A stretch of 32,000 bases of DNA from Candidatus Fokinia solitaria (GTDB lineage Bacteria; Pseudomonadota; Alphaproteobacteria; Rickettsiales; Midichloriaceae): contig NZ_CP025989.1 of NCBI RefSeq assembly GCF_003072485.1, positions 150,001-182,000 on the forward strand, given 5' to 3'. The position numbers and the translations under genes are program-made. This document shows, piece after piece, positions 9,832-18,929 of this stretch (within the stretch, counting starts at the first letter, position 1; each line of letters opens with the position of its first letter). The notes below the pieces were generated by a model that was given only the letters and a program-made list of their open reading frames with translations, did not search any database and had not been told where the DNA came from.

Positions 9832-10696
9832 GTTTCTTTATTACTCTAAGCATTGTTATGTTGATACATATTAGTATTCCCGCGGCAAGTAGATAGTATG
9901 GTCGAGGCGGAGTACCAAGTAATACAAAACTCCAAAACGTCATTAATGGTAACTTTAAATAAGATACCGGAGTGAGAAAATTCAAGGTTGCTAGCTTTAT
10001 TGCTAAGAATAGCAGTATCACGTTTGTTATTCTCAGAACGCTTATAACAAGGAGTGATGATATATCGCTTGCAGTAAAGGCGGATATCTTTTTAACAGAG
10101 AAAAATAGAAGGAAAAGTGCGGTAAAAGCAAAAGTATAAAATACCTGTACTATAAAATGTTCTGTCGTAGTTTGTTTTTTACATACTACTTCGTAAAATG
10201 CCCAGGAGAATGATGAAATTACGGCCATAACAAAGCCATAAACTGAAACTTCAATATGAGTTTTAAGAGTGAAAAAAATTACCGCGTAGCACAATATACC
10301 GGCAATAAAGGATATCCATCGCAGTTTTTCATTTTTAGTAAGGGAAGCGATAGAGACGGTAAGTATAGGAGTGATATAATTTACTAATATAGCTTGCGCA
10401 CTACCAAAGTGCTTTACAGCTTCTATCCAAGTTACCATGCCCGCTATGCTTAGCACAGAACGTAACACGTATGGCATCATCTTCGCTTCTTGTAACTCCT
10501 TCCTGTAGAATAAGCTTACAAATGGCAGTAATATCGCTGTGCCTAGTATGCATACTACTCCGAATTGTTCTAACGGTCCTATGCTACTGTTTCGAAATTT
10601 TTCAAATCCAAGAGAAAGCAAGCAAAAGCAAGAAAGTGCTAATACCTTACATAGTACTCCAACGATATATCTTCTATAATCTGTAGACATTAACAT
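9800..10696 (-). CDS. DMT/EamA-family permease
   Basis: 298 aa and highly hydrophobic, about 10 TM segments in two similar halves. Overlaps the coaBC 3-prime end by 32 nt (convergent). Substrate unknown. EamA-family S-adenosylmethionine importers exist in Rickettsia, but that is only an analogy. Confidence 0.7.
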   Translation of the reverse strand: MLMSTDYRRYIVGVLCKVLALSCFCLLSLGFEKFRNSSIGPLEQFGVVCILGTAILLPFVSLFYRKELQEAKMMPYVLRSVLSIAGMVTWIEAVKHFGSAQAILVNYITPILTVSIASLTKNEKLRWISFIAGILCYAVIFFTLKTHIEVSVYGFVMAVISSFSWAFYEVVCKKQTTTEHFIVQVFYTFAFTALFLLFFSVKKISAFTASDISSLLVISVLRITNVILLFLAIKLATLNFLTPVSYLKLPLMTFWSFVLLGTPPRPYYLLAAGILICINITMLRVIKKLTEQKTQKAH

Positions 10697-10825
10697 ATGA
10701 TTTGACGGTAATAGTGAGATTATCGAGTAGCGATCTTCTAAATTATGATAACAAAAGCAATATGGAGATCAATATGTGCACTATACGAAGATTGCGCAGT
10801 TAGATTATGGTGTTGTTTTTCTGTT

Positions 10826-12034
10826 TTATTTAGGCAATTTTGACGTATTTCTTTTTAAAACTTTGAGATATATTCTATCGAAAATAATAGCAAAGAGATT
10901 ATTTCCTATTACATTTCCAGCAGTACCTATGCTGTCCATTACGATATAGATTGCCGTCATAATGCCTAGTGCTTCAGGTGTAAAATGTAGATATTCTCCT
11001 AACATTGGCGCAATGATAAAAATCCCTCCGCTTGGAATACCACTTCCGGAGAATTTTGCGATATTTACTATTAATAAAAGCATTAATATTTCATATGTGG
11101 AAAGTGACACAGATGCGCTTTGATGAACTAAGATAGCAAGAAATGGAATTAATATACTTTCTCCTATTGTATGTACTGTAGTAGCTATGGTAATTGCCGC
11201 TTTTCCGTTTTCCTTATTTAGCACATTTTGCTCTACCGCTTCAATAGATAAAGGCAATGCAATTGTACTGGACATTGTGCTAAAGCCTGTAATGGTAGGC
11301 TTAATCAAAGTGATTGCGATTTGTTTTGCAGAGCGATTAGTTGCTGCAAGTGCAGCGATTATGAACATTATTCCTAGATATATAAACATCAGGCAAATAC
11401 TGATAGTAAGATTTACGGGATACGAGCGAAGTGTATTTTGTAATCCTTTGTCTTGCAGTATTTTAAATATGAATCCCGCTATGAAAATTGGTATTAAGGG
11501 AAGTATTACATAGTTGATTAGAAATTTTACCGCTATCCTTATGACGCTGGCAATCTTATCTACCGTGTAGCGATAGCAGCTATCATGTATGTTAATGATA
11601 AGTCCAAGAAATGCGGAGAATACGAAGACTACAACGTTTAAGTATAAAGGGAATGTAGGTATACCTAATACGAAGAGTTGTTTTATTGTTTTATCTGATA
11701 TGGAAATCTGACTATCACAGCAAGTTATAGCGGTAAATTTCAATGCAATTGCAGATGTAAAAACTGAGGTAAATATGGATAAAAAATTCGATAGAATTAT
11801 GCAAAGTAGCAGGAGAGTAATAAATCGTATTCCTTCCTTGCTATCGAGTTTTCTGAAGCAAAAATATACGGAGTGAAAGATGATAAATGGTACGCATACT
11901 CTCATTATATCTTTTAAGAGGAGGCTTATAGAATATATAAAAGATTGTATGCGAGATGAAATATACTCATGAAAAAATAGCACAGATATTATAGCTAAAA
12001 TAATTCTAAATGAAGAAGATTTCAAAAAAGACAT
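10826..12034 (-). CDS. dicarboxylate/amino acid:cation symporter (DAACS / GltP-like)
   Basis: 402-aa polytopic protein. Family motifs SSTIALPL, GSGIPSGGIFIIAPML, and DSIGTAGNVIGNNLFAIIFD. Confidence 0.8.
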   Translation of the reverse strand: MSFLKSSSFRIILAIISVLFFHEYISSRIQSFIYSISLLLKDIMRVCVPFIIFHSVYFCFRKLDSKEGIRFITLLLLCIILSNFLSIFTSVFTSAIALKFTAITCCDSQISISDKTIKQLFVLGIPTFPLYLNVVVFVFSAFLGLIINIHDSCYRYTVDKIASVIRIAVKFLINYVILPLIPIFIAGFIFKILQDKGLQNTLRSYPVNLTISICLMFIYLGIMFIIAALAATNRSAKQIAITLIKPTITGFSTMSSTIALPLSIEAVEQNVLNKENGKAAITIATTVHTIGESILIPFLAILVHQSASVSLSTYEILMLLLIVNIAKFSGSGIPSGGIFIIAPMLGEYLHFTPEALGIMTAIYIVMDSIGTAGNVIGNNLFAIIFDRIYLKVLKRNTSKLPK

Positions 12035-12052
12035 TTTAATATATGTAATTCG

Positions 12053-13216
12053 TTATAGCATTTTTTGTATACTATCGTGGTATTCTATGACATCTTGAAA
12101 TGACTGAATATTGGTATTCTTACTGTATTTTTCAAATTTGTTTTCGATACTATTAATCATTTCGTAGAATGATACTTTACCATCTAAGAATTGCTGAACA
12201 TAAAATTCGTTTAATGCATTTAATGCGATAATAGACGAGTGCGTCATGTTTATTCTTGCAAGTTTAAATAATGGAAATAGATCCGTATCAATATCGTAAA
12301 ATTCAAACGTTCTGTTTCTTATTAATTCACACTCTTGTTGTAAATTTTGCGCTTTGTGTACGTCATATTTCTGTGGATATAGTATTGCGGCTATAATAGG
12401 AGAGAACATTGTAGGTGTACCGCAGTGCATGATAGATGTACCGTCTTTATATTGAACGATCCCATGTACTGTGGCAGTAGGGTGAAGTAGTGCATCAACA
12501 TTCTGCATCGGAATATTGAAAAGAATTGACGCTTCATGCATCTCAAATACTTTATTCATCATAGATGCAGAATTGACTGTAATGACGTTCCCCATCTTCC
12601 AAATCGGATGCGTAAGAATATCATCTTTACTAGCATTTTTAGGTAGTATCTTATTTTTCCATATAGTACTACCTGTAGCGGTGAGTATAAGTTTTTTCAC
12701 ATTGGTAGTATTACATGTGTTTGTAGTATTATTAAGTGTAAGTATGCTATGTATCGCATGATGCTCTGAATCTATCGGAATTATTTCTACTTTAAGTTTT
12801 GTCGCGTGTTCTATAAATAATTTATTGCCGCATATTATAGCTTCTTTATTAGCGATAATCAGTTTTTTGCATGAGTACATTGTTAGAATAGTTGGAATAA
12901 GACCAGCTATGCCACTAATTGCACTGATGCATATATCATGTTTTTCGTGTTGTAAAAAATCGTGTATCTCTTTCGTTTCGTGAAGTATGCGTACTTTCCT
13001 GTCGAAGTTAGTATTTCCAATTTGCGCAATGGCGTTTTTATTTGCAACTATTACGTTTGCGATGTTGAAAGCCTTTACTATCTTTTCGAGTTTCTGAATA
13101 TCGGAACCTCTTACCATAATGCTTTTCACTTTATGAGTATCACGAAGCGTGTAAAGTGCCTCAAGTGCTGTAAGTCCAACGCTTCCTGTCGCGCCAAGTA
13201 TTATAATGCTTTTCAT
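12053..13216 (-). CDS. dxr: 1-deoxy-D-xylulose 5-phosphate reductoisomerase
   Basis: Start chosen at MKSIIILGATGSVG (NADPH-binding motif). ANKEAIICG and IPIDSEHHAI motifs present. Its ATG overlaps the rnhB TGA in an ATGA junction (13213-13216). Confidence 0.88.
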   Translation of the reverse strand: MKSIIILGATGSVGLTALEALYTLRDTHKVKSIMVRGSDIQKLEKIVKAFNIANVIVANKNAIAQIGNTNFDRKVRILHETKEIHDFLQHEKHDICISAISGIAGLIPTILTMYSCKKLIIANKEAIICGNKLFIEHATKLKVEIIPIDSEHHAIHSILTLNNTTNTCNTTNVKKLILTATGSTIWKNKILPKNASKDDILTHPIWKMGNVITVNSASMMNKVFEMHEASILFNIPMQNVDALLHPTATVHGIVQYKDGTSIMHCGTPTMFSPIIAAILYPQKYDVHKAQNLQQECELIRNRTFEFYDIDTDLFPLFKLARINMTHSSIIALNALNEFYVQQFLDGKVSFYEMINSIENKFEKYSKNTNIQSFQDVIEYHDSIQKML

Positions 13217-13818
13217 GTATAGCAAAGAACTTTCTTTAACATGCATTTTCTATGGTATTGTGTAGATCCATTTCGTCGGAGAGCATCTATATGATATTTT
13301 GTTGCATAACCCATGTTTTGCTCAAGTTTATATCCGCTATATCTACTACTCATATGCTGTATGATGGTATCTCGTGTCACTTTTGCAATGATCGAAGCTG
13401 CGGCGATTGTGACTGATTTAGTATCGCCTTTAACTATAGGAATAACAGTAGCATCGAGTACCTCGATTGTCCTATTTCCATCTATAAGCGTGACGCAATT
13501 TGGAGATTGAAGCATTTTTATTGCACGCTGCATGCTTAATTTGGCAGCATTCAAGATGTTTAATTTCTCTATTTCATCGATGCTTGCCGCACCTACAGCA
13601 TATTCTACTTCTAAATTCATTAGTGCTTCATAAATGACTTCCCTCTTTTTAGCTGATAGCTTTTTAGAATCATTAATGCTAAGTGATAATAAACGTTCAT
13701 CATATACGACTGCTGCGCTTACAACAGGCCCTACTAACGAACCTACTCCGCATTCATCGGCACCAATGACAGTCCTTGTTTTATATTGCCTCTCTATCTC
13801 GTTATTTGGTAATATCAT
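13213..13818 (-). CDS. rnhB: ribonuclease HII
   Basis: 201 aa. GADECGVGSLVGPVVSAAV (the DEAGRG-type active-site region) and DSKKLS motifs. 4-nt overlap with dxr suggests coupled expression. Confidence 0.85.
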   Translation of the reverse strand: MILPNNEIERQYKTRTVIGADECGVGSLVGPVVSAAVVYDERLLSLSINDSKKLSAKKREVIYEALMNLEVEYAVGAASIDEIEKLNILNAAKLSMQRAIKMLQSPNCVTLIDGNRTIEVLDATVIPIVKGDTKSVTIAAASIIAKVTRDTIIQHMSSRYSGYKLEQNMGYATKYHIDALRRNGSTQYHRKCMLKKVLCYT

Positions 13819-13844
13819 TACGATTTTCTTATCCGAATTTAATT

Positions 13845-15269
13845 ATGACTGAAATCAAGAAGAATGTTGTAGTTGGTATAGACTTTGGCACTACGAATTC
13901 ACTTATAGCATTCGTGAATGAGGATAGCAAAGTGATTGTTGTGCCAATTAATGAAGATGCTGATTATGCTACTTTATTGCCGTCTGTAGTGCGCTATGAA
14001 TCTGCAGAGAAGATTATAGAAGTTATTTCTATAAAAAGATTAATAAACAATAGCGTAAAAGGAGATTTAATCGATTATTTTAGCGCTGAAAGTCTTGATT
14101 TGAAAAAAGACGCAATAAGTATGGCGGCGCAAATTTTTCAAAATCTTAAAGATAAAGCAGAAGAGTACACTAAATCTACTATTACCGACGCTGTAGTAAC
14201 AGTGCCTGCGCACTTTAATGATTTCGCGAGAATGAATATTAAAGCTGCGGCAGAATCTGCAGGATTCAATGTAATTAGAATGATAAATGAGCCTACAGCA
14301 GCTGCGATAGCGCATTGTATGCTTGATAATTCAAGTGATAGAAGCATCGTGGTATATGATTTAGGAGGAGGTACCTTTGATGTTTCTATTCTCCAGGTTA
14401 AAGATGGAATATTTAGAGTAATCTCTACTAATGGTGATAGTACTCTAGGCGGTGATGATTTTGATATTGCACTTGCGGAGCTGCTAGATGCAAAATGCGG
14501 CTTTGATGGAGAGATTATTACAAGTGATGCTATTTTATGCGCGAGAAAAATAAAGGAAAGATTAAGTTTGAATGAGAATTATACAGGTTTTTGGAAGGGA
14601 AATGAGATAAGTTGTACCCGTGATGAATTTGAAGCAGCTACTGAAGCTTTAGTAGATAAAACTTTTGACGTAATGCGTGCTGCATTAGATGATGCTGAAT
14701 TAACATTAAATGATATAGATGAAGTCATCTTTGTAGGAGGAGCAACCAAAATGCCGATAATTAAGAAAAAAGCGAGGCAATATATGCACAGAACTGATAT
14801 TTTAGGAAATGATATACTTCCAGAAGAAGCTGTAGTAATAGGTGCTGCAATGCATGCTAATTCTATTACTCAAAGCGCAAATCATCTTTTATTGGATGTT
14901 ATTCCACTAAGTATTGGTATAGAGGTATTTGGTGGTGCTGTTGAATGCATTATTCCTCGTAATACTCCTATACCAATTATGGCAAGAAGTGTTTTTACAA
15001 ATTCTCATGAAAAACAAGCTTCCTTTGATATACATGTTATTCAAGGCGATGGAGAACGTGTAGCACAGTGCAAGACTTTGGCACGTTTCAAAGTGCCAAT
15101 TGCGGATAAAATAAAGAGACAAGAAGCAAAACTTGAGGTTTTGTTTTGCGTAGACGTAAACGGTATATTGAGTATTACCGCTGTCGAAAAAGCAGGAGGT
15201 ACTACGAGAGATATAATCGTTCAGCCTCAGTACGATTTATCGGAGGAAGATATTACACCATCCTTGTAA
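13845..15269 (+). CDS. hscA: Hsp70-family chaperone, HscA-like, lacking the C-terminal helical lid
   Basis: Start at ATG 13845 ([20 protein letters not shown]). Motifs [30 protein letters not shown]. HscA-type beta-sandwich [13 protein letters not shown]...IPRNTPIP. The ORF stops right after [10 protein letters not shown], at 474 aa. Confidence 0.8.
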   Translation: MTEIKKNVVVGIDFGTTNSLIAFVNEDSKVIVVPINEDADYATLLPSVVRYESAEKIIEVISIKRLINNSVKGDLIDYFSAESLDLKKDAISMAAQIFQNLKDKAEEYTKSTITDAVVTVPAHFNDFARMNIKAAAESAGFNVIRMINEPTAAAIAHCMLDNSSDRSIVVYDLGGGTFDVSILQVKDGIFRVISTNGDSTLGGDDFDIALAELLDAKCGFDGEIITSDAILCARKIKERLSLNENYTGFWKGNEISCTRDEFEAATEALVDKTFDVMRAALDDAELTLNDIDEVIFVGGATKMPIIKKKARQYMHRTDILGNDILPEEAVVIGAAMHANSITQSANHLLLDVIPLSIGIEVFGGAVECIIPRNTPIPIMARSVFTNSHEKQASFDIHVIQGDGERVAQCKTLARFKVPIADKIKRQEAKLEVLFCVDVNGILSITAVEKAGGTTRDIIVQPQYDLSEEDITPSL

Positions 15270-15380
15270 AGGAAAGTGAAACTTAATGTAAGATAAGACA
15301 ATGATTTTTACGTGTAGTGGTATTGATTATCGTACATTATGTGTTGTAACATCTCCATGTTAAGAATAAAAATATAGTTG

Positions 15381-16553
15381 ATGATGAAGAAGAGGTTATA
15401 TCTATGTATTCTATGTGTCTTTTTTCTTGGTGTCTTATATGTAGCAGAGTCTAAGGCGTCCGAGTTAAGTAGAAAGGGAGATTATTTTACCTTTATGGCT
15501 TTGACCTCTGAGATAGTGCCACAAGTGAAATTACAGCAGTATCTCGAGCGTGGAGTCGGCGCTGAAGTGACGGGCACTGATGTAAAGAGTATTACAAATG
15601 GTACTGTACTTGTGCCTGGTTTTATATTTGGAGGAGGTTACATGTTTCGTGATATTGCTTTGAGTGCTTATTTTAGCCATTCTGCGAGAAAGCTTTCTCA
15701 GAGTGCATTGCAGTTCTCAAATGAGATGAAGATAGTTGGCAATTCAGTAGGACTTTCGGTGGTAAGGTACATTTCTGATATGAAGGTGCGCCCTTTTCTT
15801 GGAGTTACAGTGGATGTTTTGAGCTTGCAGTACACTTTATCTGGCATTAGAGCGTTTGATGCAAGTGGCGCACTCGCGGATAGTGATGTAGTGCGAGTAA
15901 GTGGCGCGTTGAAGAATAGAAGTGATGTGGTGTTTTCTCCTCTTTCAACAGAGGTAGAGTATAAGACAATATGTCTTGCTGCGAATGATGAGAATTATAC
16001 TTGCGTTCAGAATGATGTGCCTTCAGTGTCGTATGCTGCACTGCCTAAAGATGTGCTGTCGTTGCTTGCTTTCAATAGCGAGTTAAAAGCCACTAATAAG
16101 ACGAAATTAGGATTTTCCTTCACGGGAGGATTGTCATTTAGAGTAGATAATATAGTAATAGAAGGATTTGCGGCAGCGAACTTGAGGTCTAAATTGACTT
16201 TTGGTAATGAAAAAGCAGTATACGTAAATCGTAGTGCGCTGAATACTGTAGTGTCCGATGGTGTGCCGTATGATGATGTAAAGAGTGTATTAAATGGTAA
16301 GTATGTGTATCTTCAACAGAATGGCGTGTGTGATATGACGGTAGTGCAAAATCAAGACTGTCAAAATAGTGGTATGATGACTGGACAGGAAGCTATAGAT
16401 AGTATAGTTGTTGACGGTAAAAAAGGAGGAGATTTAGCATCTTACGTTTATACTGATGCCACTACTTATAAGGATTTCAGAACCTATATTCCGCAGGAAA
16501 TTGAGGGTACGCCAACTTATACTTTAGGAATCAGAGTACTTCTATTGTTTTAA
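15381..16553 (+). CDS. putative outer-membrane beta-barrel / surface protein
   Basis: Signal peptide MMKKRLYLCILCVFFLGVLYVAESKA/SE. Alternating beta-strand-like segments. C-terminal aromatic signature TYTLGIRVLLLF. The ORF-track start at 15378 is TTG; the first ATG is 15381. Family not assignable by eye. Confidence 0.65.
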   Translation: MMKKRLYLCILCVFFLGVLYVAESKASELSRKGDYFTFMALTSEIVPQVKLQQYLERGVGAEVTGTDVKSITNGTVLVPGFIFGGGYMFRDIALSAYFSHSARKLSQSALQFSNEMKIVGNSVGLSVVRYISDMKVRPFLGVTVDVLSLQYTLSGIRAFDASGALADSDVVRVSGALKNRSDVVFSPLSTEVEYKTICLAANDENYTCVQNDVPSVSYAALPKDVLSLLAFNSELKATNKTKLGFSFTGGLSFRVDNIVIEGFAAANLRSKLTFGNEKAVYVNRSALNTVVSDGVPYDDVKSVLNGKYVYLQQNGVCDMTVVQNQDCQNSGMMTGQEAIDSIVVDGKKGGDLASYVYTDATTYKDFRTYIPQEIEGTPTYTLGIRVLLLF

Positions 16554-16561
16554 AGGAAGTG

Positions 16562-16744
16562 ATGAAAATTGATATTACAAAATTACTGTTGTTGCTGATT
16601 GTCGCTTACATCATCGTTGGATGTGCTGGCTCCGTTAAGCGTAAGATGGGTGTGTTACCTTCTCTTCCTAATGAGAATGCCGTTCTGCATAATACCGTAC
16701 CACCGTCTAAAAGCACAAAAGAGCTGATTATACCTCCTGCATAG
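16562..16744 (+). CDS. small putative lipoprotein (about 40-aa mature peptide)
   Basis: Starts 8 nt after the OMP stop, with AAGGA upstream. Lipobox-like IIVG/C (LLLLLIVAYIIVGCAG). The mature part is Pro-rich (LPSLPNENAVLHNTVPPSKSTKELIIPPA). Short ORF, so moderate confidence. Confidence 0.5.
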   Translation: MKIDITKLLLLLIVAYIIVGCAGSVKRKMGVLPSLPNENAVLHNTVPPSKSTKELIIPPA

Positions 16745-16900
16745 GATTATTATTATGCATCTGATGGTAATTTCTTTATTTATGTTATATTAATATTTAC
16801 ACTATAAAATCGAATCATTATTGATAAAAGTTCTTTGCCTTAAGTAAGGATAATGATATCATCCTGGCATATATGAGTTTATAGAGTTTAAAATATTGAT

Positions 16901-17803
16901 ATGAAAGTTGCTACGTATGATATACAGCTTTCTGATACTTATATGATAGAGGAGTTCGTAAACTCTTTTGCTAGGTATAATGAGCATTTTTCACCTTCGT
17001 ATCCTTATTGGAGCTATAGAGCTGTACCGATGATGTATCTTGAAGATGAAGCGATTGAAACAGCGATACGAAGGTATTTTTCGCAAAATGTACTATTTGA
17101 GGTATATTTTGAAGAGCTATATAGCGTTGCGAGGTTGATGTATGTTTTGGATGCGAGAAAAATCTGTAGTGCTGCAAATTCTTTCAAGATATCTCTTAGT
17201 TTACTGGAAGGTTTATTCAATGAAAGTATCAAGAAGAGAGATTTTTGGATGCAAATGGTAGCTTTAGAGTCGAAAATAAACGAAAGCTTTACACGACATG
17301 GAGGTACTGGTTTACCGTTTTCATCAGCTAATATGCTCAATACGATAAATGATGATATACAGAGTAATAACAAAGAGAAGGTAGTAGCAAGTGAGAAGCT
17401 ACAAAAAGAAGAAAAAAGTAAAGCAGAAGTAGGATGTGTGAACAAAGTGGAAGAGTACTTTAAGAGAATATGCGAGGAGGATGAGCTGCAGAATTTAGAA
17501 GATAAGAGGAAGAAAGGAGATGATAAAGTGGCAAAGGTAGTGCAAGAAGTGGTGAAGGTAGTGCAAGAAGTGGTGAAGGAAGAAGAGCCGGTAGTGCAAG
17601 AAGGTAAGGAGGAAGAAGAGCCGGTAGTGCCAGTAGGTAAGGAGGAAGAAGAGCCGGTAGTGCCAGTAGGTAAGGAGGAAGAAGAGCCGGTAGTGCCAGT
17701 AGGTAAGGAAAGAAGAGAAGGTAGTGCAAGAAGTGGTGAAGGAAGAGGAGAAGGTAGTGCAAGAAGTGGTGAAGGAAGAGGAGAAGGTAGTGCCAGTAGG
17801 TAA
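16901..17803 (+). CDS. acidic tandem-repeat protein, N-terminal fragment (frame 2), runs out of frame inside the repeats
   Basis: 300-aa ORF with no signal peptide. From about aa 213 it has VVQEVVK x2, then GKEEEEPVVPV x3. After about 17710 the translation degenerates to EGSARSGEGRG and stops. Confidence 0.7.
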   Translation: MKVATYDIQLSDTYMIEEFVNSFARYNEHFSPSYPYWSYRAVPMMYLEDEAIETAIRRYFSQNVLFEVYFEELYSVARLMYVLDARKICSAANSFKISLSLLEGLFNESIKKRDFWMQMVALESKINESFTRHGGTGLPFSSANMLNTINDDIQSNNKEKVVASEKLQKEEKSKAEVGCVNKVEEYFKRICEEDELQNLEDKRKKGDDKVAKVVQEVVKVVQEVVKEEEPVVQEGKEEEEPVVPVGKEEEEPVVPVGKEEEEPVVPVGKERREGSARSGEGRGEGSARSGEGRGEGSASR

Positions 17804-17816
17804 GGAGGGAGAAGAG
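17537..17816 (+). repeat. in-gene tandem repeats: 21 nt x2, 33 nt x3, then 33 nt x2.8 variant units
   Basis: gtagtgcaagaagtggtgaag at 17537 and 17558. ggtaaggaggaagaagagccggtagtgccagta at 17603, 17636 and 17669. A fourth unit at 17702 is 2 nt short (ggtaagga-aagaagag). gaaggtagtgcaagaagtggtgaaggaagagga at 17717 and 17750, with a partial unit at 17783. Confidence 0.9.
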
Positions 17817-18830
17817 AAGAGGAGAGAAAGATGGGAAGGATTAAGTGAGGAGCAGAAGAAGGAAATGGAGAAGCTGCAGATTTCAGAAGAGAGAATAAAA
17901 AATATTATAGAGATACGACAAAAAGAGATTGATATATATCAGGGAAAAGATTACGACGACAAGATGATACTCATTCGAAAAAAGCTAAGTGAGAAATCGC
18001 TTCAATATGGACTACTAGCAAATCAGATAGAACAGAAGAAGTTGCTAGGAGAGTTAGATTCTATTCTGGAAATGGAAAAACAAAAGAATGAGAGAGAGTA
18101 TGAGCAATGGGTAATAAGAGAAGAGAGAGATCATGAGAAGTTGAAACATGTACAAGAGCAGGAATTGCCAAAGTTTATAATCACTGAAAACGATAGAAGA
18201 GCAGTTATAATAAAAGAGATGAGTGAGAAATCGCTTCAAGCGAACATAATAGCGGATCAAGCGTGGCAAATGGAATTAAAAGGAGATGTAGGAGGAGCTG
18301 CTGCACTTCGAAAGCAGTATCACTCTCCTCTTAGAGATGATGCTTATAAGATCAGCATGAAATTACACGATCTATACAGTATTGCTCCGTTTGCTCCTGC
18401 TAGATTAGAAGATAAAGATGTTGTGATGAAAGGAGGTACGAGAACAGATTACAGGACTTATACCTCTCCTAATAATCCAAATGTGTTATTCACTCACAGT
18501 TCAAAGAAGTTTTATAATGCATTTAAGGACGTTATACATAAGATACACTTCTGTAAACCTATGAAAGTAGGAGACTTCAATCCTTCTATATTCGAAGGTG
18601 ATAGAAAAAAGGAAATAATGGTCGCTCCTATGTGTACTTCTCCTCATTGTTGTCCAGGAACATCAGAGTTAACTCCTAGAGAGTTTTTCGTCGCAGATGA
18701 TCATTACAACAATGCCGATGTATTTACCCTCTCTACCAATGATATGTTATACACTACATACGACGGTGTAGTTCATCACAATGGCGGCATCGATTCCTCC
18801 ATACTTCATACAGATAGCGTTATATCTTAG
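17703..18830 (+). CDS. acidic tandem-repeat protein, C-terminal fragment (frame 0)
   Basis: Frame 0 opens at 17703, right after a TAG. It immediately continues the same peptide repeat (EEKVVQEVVKEEEKVVQEVVKEEEKVVPVGKE). A coiled-coil-like E/K-rich region and a Cys/His-containing C-terminal domain follow. There is no ATG until about aa 47 of the ORF-track product (its 'M' is GTG 17724), so it is most simply the continuation of 16901..17710. Confidence 0.7.
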   Translation, partial: VRKEEKVVQEVVKEEEKVVQEVVKEEEKVVPVGKEGEEKRRERWEGLSEEQKKEMEKLQISEERIKNIIEIRQKEIDIYQGKDYDDKMILIRKKLSEKSLQYGLLANQIEQKKLLGELDSILEMEKQKNEREYEQWVIREERDHEKLKHVQEQELPKFIITENDRRAVIIKEMSEKSLQANIIADQAWQMELKGDVGGAAALRKQYHSPLRDDAYKISMKLHDLYSIAPFAPARLEDKDVVMKGGTRTDYRTYTSPNNPNVLFTHSSKKFYNAFKDVIHKIHFCKPMKVGDFNPSIFEGDRKKEIMVAPMCTSPHCCPGTSELTPREFFVADDHYNNADVFTLSTNDMLYTTYDGVVHHNGGIDSSILHTDSVIS

Positions 18831-18929
18831 TTCGTCCTCGCTTCCAAGTACAGCAGCACGTATTTGGAAGCTTTCCATCTTACTTCTTCTTAGCTCCTGT
18901 TTTCCCTCTCATACTCCATTTATAGAACA

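Noticed and set aside
17460-17762. 100-aa minus-strand ORF with a striking LLALPALLPPY repeat
   Set aside because: It is the antisense mirror of the plus-strand 33-nt repeats. It has no start context and sits entirely inside a better-supported coding region.
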